NCBI GenBank assembly: GCA_047285305.1
Contig: JBJBDL010000003.1
Coordinates: 512,001-576,000, forward strand
Direction of reading: 5' to 3'
From: Synechococcus sp.
GTDB lineage: Bacteria; Cyanobacteriota; Cyanobacteriia; PCC-6307; Cyanobiaceae
Length of the DNA: 64,000 bases
Shown: piece after piece, positions 54,447-64,000 of the stretch
Position numbering within the stretch: position 1 is the first letter of the stretch
How the letters are laid out: the number at the start of each line of letters is the position of its first letter
Program-made: the position numbers and the translations under genes
Notes under the pieces: model-generated
What the model was told of the DNA's origin: nothing
Database searches by the model: none
What the model saw: only the letters and a program-made list of their open reading frames with translations

Positions 54447-55243
54447 TGCGGATCTTCGGGCTGAACCGCCGGATCATCCGGGTGCTGCTGGGCTCCCAGT
54501 ACGCCCACATGCTCGAGTACCGCGCCGAGATCGCCCTCTGGGCTTTGTCCGGGGTGCTGCCGTTCATCATGCTCAGCGTCTGGAGCGGCAGCGACGCGCG
54601 CTCGGGGCTGGGGCTGGATGGTGTGGCCCTGGATCGCTATTTCCTCAGCGCCTTTCTGGTGCGTCAGTTCTCGGTGGTGTGGGTGGTCTACGCCTTCGAG
54701 GAAGACGCCCTGCTGGGCCGGCTCTCTCCTTACCTGCTGCAACCGCTGCATCCGCTCTGGCGTTATGTGGCCGCCCACCTCGGCGAGCAGCTCACCCGTC
54801 TGCCCTTCGCGGCCCTGATTGCGGCGGTGTTTTTTGTGGTGCGGCCCCAGGCCTTCTGGTTGCCGTCGTTGGGGGGCTTCCTGCTGGCCTGGCTGGCCAC
54901 CTGGATGGCCTTCGCCATCGCCTTTCTGTTTCAGAGCCTGATTGCGGCCCTCTGCTTCTGGAGTGAGAAGGCCAGTGCCCTGGAGCGGCTTCAGTTCATT
55001 CCCTTCCTGTTCCTATCCGGTTTGCTGGCACCGCTCACGGCCTTCCCGCCGGTGGTGCGGGCCTTGGCCCAGTGGACGCCTTTTCCTTATCTGATTGATT
55101 TCCCGGCCAGGGTGCTGGCGGGCCAGCCGGTGAATCTGTTGGCGGGTTTCGGGGCGCAACTGGCCTGGATCGCTCTGTTGTTGCCGCTGGTGCTGCTGCT
55201 CTGGCGGGCCGGCGTGCGGCGCTACAGCGCCATGGGGGCCTGA
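54446..55243 (+). CDS. ABC-2 family permease
   Basis: Six hydrophobic segments; YLLQP, LSGLLAPL..FP. Confidence 0.88.
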   Translation: MRIFGLNRRIIRVLLGSQYAHMLEYRAEIALWALSGVLPFIMLSVWSGSDARSGLGLDGVALDRYFLSAFLVRQFSVVWVVYAFEEDALLGRLSPYLLQPLHPLWRYVAAHLGEQLTRLPFAALIAAVFFVVRPQAFWLPSLGGFLLAWLATWMAFAIAFLFQSLIAALCFWSEKASALERLQFIPFLFLSGLLAPLTAFPPVVRALAQWTPFPYLIDFPARVLAGQPVNLLAGFGAQLAWIALLLPLVLLLWRAGVRRYSAMGA

Positions 55244-56031
55244 TGGGGCGCTACTGGCGAATCCTGCGCCGCTTCTGGGGCACGGCCGTGGCCGTGCAGC
55301 TGGAGTATCAGGCCAACGTGCTGATCGAGCTGCTGGCGGTGGCGATGAGCCTCAGCGGCAGCCTGTTCCTGCTCTCACTGTTCTACGGCCCCGATCAGAC
55401 GTTGGGGGGCTGGAGCTGGGCCCAGGCCCTGATGGTGCAGGGGCTTTACACGGTGTTCGATGGCATGGCCACCACCTGGTTGCGCCCCAACCTCGGGGCG
55501 ATCGTCACCCATGTGCGCGAGGGCACCCTGGATTTCGTGCTGCTCAAACCGATCGACAGCCAGTTCTGGTTGTCGCTGCGCACGCTCTCGCCCGCGGGCC
55601 TGCCGGAGATCGCCCTGGGGCTTGGGCTTCTGGCCTGGGGGTGCCATCAGGCCGGTGTGGTGTTCAGCCTGTCCTCTCTCTTCACCGTGCTGGTGATGCT
55701 GCTGGCCGGTGGCTTGATCCTCTATTCGCTCTGGTTTCTGATCGCTGCCACCAGCATCTGGTTCGTCAAAACCTGGAATGCCACTGAGGTGTTGCGGGCC
55801 CTGCTGGCCTCCGGCCGTTATCCCCTCAACGCCTACCCGCCTGCCCTGCGCCTGCTGTTCACCCTGGTGCTGCCGGTGGCCTTTCTCACCACGGTTCCGG
55901 CCCAGGTGCTGTTGGGTGAGGCCGCCGCACCGATGCTGCTGGCGGGCTTGGCTCTGGCGGTGCTGTTTTTTGCGGCGGCGCGGGCCTTCTGGCTCTTTGC
56001 GCTGCGCTTCTACACCTCAGCATCGAGTTAG
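55243..56031 (+). CDS. ABC-2 family permease
   Basis: GTLDFVLLKP, GRYP; coupled to previous gene. Confidence 0.88.
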   Translation: MGRYWRILRRFWGTAVAVQLEYQANVLIELLAVAMSLSGSLFLLSLFYGPDQTLGGWSWAQALMVQGLYTVFDGMATTWLRPNLGAIVTHVREGTLDFVLLKPIDSQFWLSLRTLSPAGLPEIALGLGLLAWGCHQAGVVFSLSSLFTVLVMLLAGGLILYSLWFLIAATSIWFVKTWNATEVLRALLASGRYPLNAYPPALRLLFTLVLPVAFLTTVPAQVLLGEAAAPMLLAGLALAVLFFAAARAFWLFALRFYTSASS

Positions 56032-56065
56032 TGCAATGCTCCACGCCATGCGTGGGTGATTCCGC

Positions 56066-56664
56066 TTGATCTCCTTGGTTCAGCACTGGCTGCCGGATGT
56101 GTTGGAGCTGCTGCGCTCCCCCGCTGGAGCGTTGCTGTTCATGCCGCTCTATGCCCTCTGGGTGACGCTGCTGCTGCCGGGGGTGTGGGCGTCGATGCTG
56201 GCCGGGGTGCTCTATGGCACCTGGCTTGGCAGTGGCCTGGTGTTTGTTGGGGCCTGCCTCGGGGCGGTGGTGGTGTTTCTGCTGGGGCGTTCGGTGTTGC
56301 GCGACTGGGCCCGCCGCCGGTTGGAGCAGTTCCCCAAGTTGCAGGCGGTGGAGCGGGCCGTGAGCAAGGAGGGCCTGAAGTTGGTGTTGCTGACGCGCCT
56401 CTCGCCCGCCTTTCCCTTCTCGCTGCTCAACCTGGCCTACGGCCTCAGTGAGGTGAGCCTGCGGGATTACAGCATCGGCTTGATCGGCATCCTCCCCGGC
56501 ACGGTGCTGTTCTGCGGCTTGGGTGCCTTGGCCGGCGATGTGGCCCGGTTCGGTGAGGTGCTGGGGGGTGAGGCCGATACTGGAACCTGGGCGCTGCGGG
56601 TGGTGGGGGTGCTTGCCACGTTGGCCGTGGTTTGGCTGGTGAGCCGAGCGGCTCGGCGGGCGCT

Positions 56665-56689
<25 letters not shown>
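56066..56689 (+). CDS. TVP38/TMEM64 (DedA superfamily) membrane protein
   Basis: AGVLYG, FLLGR, RLSPAFPFSLLNLAYG. Confidence 0.9.
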
Positions 56690-59304
<2,615 letters not shown>

Positions 59305-59379
59305 CAGCTGTCAAAGCAGGGCCGAGTCTGACTGACCACGGCAGGATGGCGCTGATTCGGATCTCCTCCCCCCCGTTCT

Positions 59380-59922
59380 GTGCCTTTGCAGCCGCTGCTG
59401 CCGTTGTTTCATCGCCTCAACCGGGAGCATTTCGGCGGTGCTCTGGTGGATGGGGGCCAGCCGCTGACGGCGGTGCGCTGGAGCGATGGGCGGATGAGCC
59501 GCACGGCGGGGTTCTACCGCCGTGGCCCCGGTGTGGGTGAGGACCGCGGCAGCGAGATCGTGCTGTCGCGTCCGGTGCTCGAGCCGTTGCCGCAGATCGC
59601 CACGGAAAGCACCCTCTGCCACGAGATGATCCACGCCTGGGTGGATCTGGTGCAGCGTCGCCGCGAAAGTCACGGGCCGCTGTTCCGGGCCCGGATGGCC
59701 GCCATCAATGCGGCCCAGAGCCGGTTTCAAGTGAGCATTCGCCACAGCTATCCCGTGCCGCCCCGGCCGCCTCGTTGGCTGGCGGTCTGTCCCCGTTGCG
59801 GCCGTCGCACCCCTTGCAGAAGGCGCACACGCAATGCTGCTTGCCGGGCCTGTTGCATCGAGCATTTCCACGGCCGTTGGGATGCCAGCTGCGTGCTCAG
59901 TTATGTGGAGGCGGAGGGCTAG
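59380..59922 (+). CDS. SprT family zinc metalloprotease
   Basis: LNREHF, TAG, TLCHEMIH, HGPLF, CPRC. Confidence 0.9.
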   Translation: MPLQPLLPLFHRLNREHFGGALVDGGQPLTAVRWSDGRMSRTAGFYRRGPGVGEDRGSEIVLSRPVLEPLPQIATESTLCHEMIHAWVDLVQRRRESHGPLFRARMAAINAAQSRFQVSIRHSYPVPPRPPRWLAVCPRCGRRTPCRRRTRNAACRACCIEHFHGRWDASCVLSYVEAEG

Positions 59923-60018
59923 ATGGAGGTGTTCTGGCTCACCCTGGAGTGCGGCGGTGTGGTGATTGTGTTGCTGGGATTGCGGCGGGAACAGTGGTTG
60001 CGTCGACGCCGTCGGTAA
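59923..60018 (+). CDS. Putative 31-aa single-TM microprotein
   Basis: MEVFWLTLECGGVVIVLLGLRREQWLRRRRR; exactly fills the gap between co-oriented genes. Confidence 0.5.
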   Translation: MEVFWLTLECGGVVIVLLGLRREQWLRRRRR

Positions 60019-60027
60019 CGTCAGGAG

Positions 60028-60564
60028 ATGGAGGAGCGCTTCGATCGGTTGGACCGGTTCCGTGATCAGCGGGATCGCCGTCTCGACCAGTTCTTGGAAA
60101 CCGGCCGTCAGCTCGTGGATGGGGTGTCCGGTCGGCGACCAGGACAACGGCCTGGAGGGCGGCGCTCCGGTTTGGATCTCGATTCGGTGGGCCGCTGGGT
60201 CGGCGAAAAGGTTGAATGGCTGCTGGAAGAGGATGATGACTGGCAGGAGCCCTGGCAAGAGGCTGGCCGTGGCCGGCCAGAGCCCGCACGTTCGACGCGT
60301 TCCGCCCGTCGCCCCCTTGAGGCGATCTCCCGCCGGAGCCGCCGCGGAGCAGCAGCGCAGGCTCCAGCGCCCCCATCAACGCCACCTGTGGCTCAGGAGT
60401 TCAGCGCAGCAGATCAGGGCGAGTGGCCGGAGGACGACAGCTTCCGGGTGCAGCGCTGGTCGCGCTCTGCCCAGCCGGCAGCTCGTCCGGAACCCGAAGC
60501 CGCGCCCAATCCAGCGGGCTCCCGGAGGACTTTGCCGCGCTCCAGCCGCCGCCGGATCGACTAA
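60028..60564 (+). CDS. Conserved hypothetical protein
   Basis: GRQLVDGVSGRRPG..VGRWVGEKVEWLLEE; AGGAG RBS. Confidence 0.75.
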   Translation: MEERFDRLDRFRDQRDRRLDQFLETGRQLVDGVSGRRPGQRPGGRRSGLDLDSVGRWVGEKVEWLLEEDDDWQEPWQEAGRGRPEPARSTRSARRPLEAISRRSRRGAAAQAPAPPSTPPVAQEFSAADQGEWPEDDSFRVQRWSRSAQPAARPEPEAAPNPAGSRRTLPRSSRRRID

Positions 60565-61022
60565 CGGCTGGGGTGTAACGAGCGTGGGCTGACCCGGTAG
60601 CGGCAGCCCCGTGCAGCGAGCTGGTGGTTCACATCCTCGAGCAGCTCTCCGGGCATCTCTTCAGCCATCTGGTCCGCTGTGGCGGTGATCGATGGGGATC
60701 CCACCTGCAGCGCTTCCAGCAGTTGGGTCCACTGCTCCACTTGCAGACTGCGGCTCATCGGCTCATAGCCCTTCTGTTCCAGCAGCTGGCTGCAGACCGT
60801 GCGGTTCCAGAGCACGGTGCGTCCCTGGCCATGGGGGCCGGTTTGCATGGCGGCATTGGCGTCGAGGGCGCTTTGGGTGGGGCGGCCCCGCCTGTCACGC
60901 CAGCCTTGATGTTCGAGGGTTTTGCCGCAGTGAATCGCCGAAATGCCGTAGATCCGACCGAGGTCGGTGAGGCTGAGCCAGGAGGTGGTGGCAGCCATGA
61001 CACGGTGCACCGAATTGGCCAC
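60561..61022 (-). CDS. Conserved hypothetical protein (possible HTH)
   Basis: WLSLTDLGRIYGISAIHCGKTL. Confidence 0.7.
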   Translation of the reverse strand: MANSVHRVMAATTSWLSLTDLGRIYGISAIHCGKTLEHQGWRDRRGRPTQSALDANAAMQTGPHGQGRTVLWNRTVCSQLLEQKGYEPMSRSLQVEQWTQLLEALQVGSPSITATADQMAEEMPGELLEDVNHQLAARGCRYRVSPRSLHPSR

Positions 61023-61088
61023 ATCTTCCTGTCAGCACAACTAATAGCAAGTTGTCAAGAGCAAATCCCAACAAACCCGCAGGTTTGT

Positions 61089-61688
61089 TCATGAATTTTG
61101 TTGAAACTCCTGGCGCAGCGTGGGCCCGAGCCAGGTTTCGAGTTGCGGGCTGAACACTTCGCGAATCACGGTGAGGGCCTTGCCCTGGCGGAAGAAGCGG
61201 TAATGGCGGCTCCAGTAGGGGCCGCGATGGCCAAAGGTCAGGTCGAGCCAGTCCCCCTCCACCAGCGCCAAGCCATCCACCTCACGGAACAGCTCGGAAC
61301 GCCCTTCGGTGAGGCTTTTCCAGATGGGCTGGTTGCGGTCCCGCAGGTGCCAATCCGCTTCGGCCTGGTTCCACCAGCTCTCGGCCCAGGCCAGCGGAGT
61401 GCCGCCGCAGGTGAGCCACACCTGGCGGCGCAGCAGTGGTGCCATCAATTCCTTCACCTCCTCCGGTGCCCCGGGGTGGTCGGTCTGGTCGGCCTCCATG
61501 GCGATCAGATCCACGGCAACGGGCGAACCGGTGAGCAGGCGCAGGTGGCGGGTCGGGCTGCCATCGCCCAGCAGCATCAGCCGCCAGGGGCCGGGCAGCT
61601 GGCGCGGCCCCTCCGCTGAGAGCACGGCGTCGGTGGGGGCTTGCCAGAGTTGGTGCGGTGATGGGTGAAGACGGGGGGCGGGGTTCAG
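61089..61688 (-). CDS. ubiC: Chorismate pyruvate-lyase (DUF98 type)
   Basis: LLGDGSPTRHL, RRQVWL, AESWW, IREVFSP; frame stays open upstream of the track start, exact start uncertain. Confidence 0.8.
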   Translation of the reverse strand: MNPAPRLHPSPHQLWQAPTDAVLSAEGPRQLPGPWRLMLLGDGSPTRHLRLLTGSPVAVDLIAMEADQTDHPGAPEEVKELMAPLLRRQVWLTCGGTPLAWAESWWNQAEADWHLRDRNQPIWKSLTEGRSELFREVDGLALVEGDWLDLTFGHRGPYWSRHYRFFRQGKALTVIREVFSPQLETWLGPTLRQEFQQNS

Positions 61689-62296
61689 AACAGTCCTCCC
61701 ATCGAGAAGGTTTGGCGTTGGCCGTTGCGGCTGATCACGTCACCGCTGTCGGTGACCTTGCTGAGCACCCAGCCGCTGCTGCCGATCGCTTCACCGATGC
61801 CGGCGGACACCGATCCCTGCCCCAGTTGAAAAACGGCGGAACTGCTGCCAACGGGGCCCTTCACCACACCGGTGAGTTGCGAGATCGGTCCCATCGGTGC
61901 TGACACCTGGGCGCTGCCCAGGGGCTCAACCGTCAAGGGTTGTTGGATCGGCACGGTCAGCGGTTCGAGGCTTTGGCTCGCAAGGGAGGCGTCCTCGAGC
62001 GTTGTCATCTCTTCTTCGCGGCTTTCTTGGGCAGTCACTTGCTCGCGCAGCTGCTCGATCAGGGCGGGGTTTTGCTTCCGTTCCAGCTCCAGGCGGGAGT
62101 GTTGCAAGCTGCTCACCAACCAGGCGGAGGGGGAGCGGCGCTCGGTGGGCTTTGTTGGTTCGTGGACATCCACATCCACCGGCACCAGGTGCGGCTGGTT
62201 GAGAGAGGTGACCGCCTCGCGGTCGAACACGTTGTCCATCACCTGCCCAGCCCGCAGGTTCCAATAGGCACGTGAGGTGGGAACCCGGGCTGGCAC
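61685..62296 (-). CDS. Hypothetical protein with GspC/PilP-like C-terminus
   Basis: QLTGVV..SAVF..GIGEAIGSSGWVL..VISRNG. Confidence 0.6.
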   Translation of the reverse strand: MPARVPTSRAYWNLRAGQVMDNVFDREAVTSLNQPHLVPVDVDVHEPTKPTERRSPSAWLVSSLQHSRLELERKQNPALIEQLREQVTAQESREEEMTTLEDASLASQSLEPLTVPIQQPLTVEPLGSAQVSAPMGPISQLTGVVKGPVGSSSAVFQLGQGSVSAGIGEAIGSSGWVLSKVTDSGDVISRNGQRQTFSMGGLF

Positions 62297-62320
62297 TGCA
62301 GAGGTTTCAGGAGTCCAACG

Positions 62321-64000
62321 CTATCGAGCTTCTGCGGTGGGGGCGAGGGGTTGGCGTTCCCTTTGCTGCAGCTCCAGCCACATCAGCAGGGCGGTGATGT
62401 CGGCTTTGCTGACTCCAGGGATGCGGCTGGCCTGCCCCAGGGTGCTGGGTTGAATGGCCGTGAGCTTTTCGCGGGCTTCATTTGAGAGGGTGCCGATGCC
62501 GGAGTAGTTGAGATCTGCCGGCAGCTTGCGCTGGCTCTGGCGTTTCACCTGATCGATCTGCTGCTGCTGCCGTTGCAGGTAGCCGCTGTATTTGATGTCG
62601 ATTTCGGCGCCTTCGCGCACGGGCAGGGGCAGATCGGCATCGGCCAGGCCGTGGCGCACGAGATCGGCGGCGTGCATGCCGGGCCGGCGCAGCAGGTCGG
62701 CCAGGGTGATAGAGCCTTTGATCGCTGCACCGGTTTCCTTTTCCACGGCTGGGGCCACCGGATCGCTCACCTTGAGCCGCACGGTTTCCAGCCGCTGTTT
62801 TTCGCCCTCCATCGCCTGGAGTTTGTCTTCGAACAGCTGCCAGCGCCGGTCGTCGATCAGGCCCAGTTCACGGCCCAACGGTGTGAGGCGGCGGTCGGCG
62901 TTGTCACCCCGCAGGATCAGGCGGTATTCGCTGCGGCTGGTGAGCACTCGGTAGGGCTCGCGCAGGTCTTTGCTCACCAGATCGTCGATCATCGTGCCGA
63001 TATAGCTGCCCTCACGGGGGAAGTGCACCGGCTCCTGGCCGCCGATCAGTCGGGCGGCGTTGACGCCAGCCACCAGGCCCTGGGCAGCGGCTTCCTCATA
63101 GCCCGTGGTGCCATTGAGCTGGCCGGCGCTGAACAGGCCGCGAACCCGCTTGGTTTCCAGGGAAGGCTTGAGCTGGGTGGCAGGCAGATAGTCGTAATCC
63201 ACCGAGTAAGCCGGCCGCAGCATCACGGCGTGCTCCAGGCCAGGCAGGCTGCGCAGCAGTTGCAGCTGGATCGGTTCCGGCAGGCCGGTGGAGAAGCCCT
63301 GCACATAGATCTCTGGGGTGTCGCGCCCCTCCGGCTCGAGGAAGATCTGGTGGCTGTCCTTGTCCGCGAAGCGAACGATCTTGTCTTCGATTGAGGGGCA
63401 GTAGCGCGGGCCCTTGCTGTCGATCACGCCGCCGTAGATGGCGGTGAGGTGCAGGTTGTCGCGAATCAGTTGATGGGTTGCAGCGGTGGTGCGGGTGATG
63501 TGGCAGCTCATCTGCTCACCGCTCACCCAGGCGGCGGGGTCAAAGGAGAAGAAGCGATCGGCCGCATCGCTGGGCTGCTCTTCCAGCTGATCGAGGGCGA
63601 TGCTGCGCCGGTCCACCCGGGCGGGGGTGCCGGTTTTGAGCCGGTCGGTCTGGAAGCCGAGCTGCTGCAGCGCTTCGGTGAGGCCTACGGCGGCCTGCTC
63701 TCCAGCGCGGCCGGCAGCCATCGATTGATGCCCCACCCAGATGCGGCCGCTCAGGAAGGTACCGGCGGTGAGGATCACTGCTTCAGCGCCGTAGACGCTG
63801 CCGAAATAGGTGCGGATGCCGCTGATGCGTTGCTGGTCGCTTTCGCCAGTGGTTTCCAGGCCGGTCACCATCGCTTCGCGCAGGGCGAGGTTGGGGGTGT
63901 GCTGCAGCAGTTGCAGCATCTGGCGGGAATAGAGGCGCTTGTCGGTCTGGGCGCGCAGGGCCCACACCGCTGGGCCGCGGCTGGCGTTGAGGATGCGCTT
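62321..64000 (-). CDS. mnmG: tRNA uridine-5-carboxymethylaminomethyl(34) synthesis enzyme, 5'-truncated by window edge
   Basis: [49 protein letters not shown]. Confidence 0.98.
   Translation of the reverse strand, partial: KRILNASRGPAVWALRAQTDKRLYSRQMLQLLQHTPNLALREAMVTGLETTGESDQQRISGIRTYFGSVYGAEAVILTAGTFLSGRIWVGHQSMAAGRAGEQAAVGLTEALQQLGFQTDRLKTGTPARVDRRSIALDQLEEQPSDAADRFFSFDPAAWVSGEQMSCHITRTTAATHQLIRDNLHLTAIYGGVIDSKGPRYCPSIEDKIVRFADKDSHQIFLEPEGRDTPEIYVQGFSTGLPEPIQLQLLRSLPGLEHAVMLRPAYSVDYDYLPATQLKPSLETKRVRGLFSAGQLNGTTGYEEAAAQGLVAGVNAARLIGGQEPVHFPREGSYIGTMIDDLVSKDLREPYRVLTSRSEYRLILRGDNADRRLTPLGRELGLIDDRRWQLFEDKLQAMEGEKQRLETVRLKVSDPVAPAVEKETGAAIKGSITLADLLRRPGMHAADLVRHGLADADLPLPVREGAEIDIKYSGYLQRQQQQIDQVKRQSQRKLPADLNYSGIGTLSNEAREKLTAIQPSTLGQASRIPGVSKADITALLMWLELQQRERQPLAPTAEAR

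Overview
GC-rich chromosome segment of a marine picocyanobacterium, most likely Synechococcus subcluster 5.1 (inferred from gene content and order). 1-17 kb is a nitrogen-stress neighbourhood: a glutamine-II riboswitch with NtcA boxes ahead of a DUF4278 peptide, ureDABC/ureEFG, urtABCDE, an nblA-like gene and a glucosylglycerate cluster. 17-32 kb is housekeeping (pabB/C-like, queC, queE, pyrG, group 2 sigma factor, aspS, gcvT, speB/E, arfB, mazG). A ~13.3 kb lower-GC island is integrated at tRNA-Val(TAC) and bounded by a 48-bp direct repeat (32010-32057 / 45342-45389). It has candidate integrase arm-type repeats at both ends but no recognisable integrase. Its intact cargo is a SAM methyltransferase, a 1867-aa mosaic DUF4347/beta-propeller/Ig protein, a PhyH dioxygenase and an RTX metalloprotease, interspersed with small, individually broken ORFs, a perfect NtcA-type palindrome and a candidate sRNA. 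46-64 kb is core genome again (hli, zur, valS, ABC-2 exporter, ligA, ubiC, partial mnmG). Family calls come from motif recognition only; no database searches were run.
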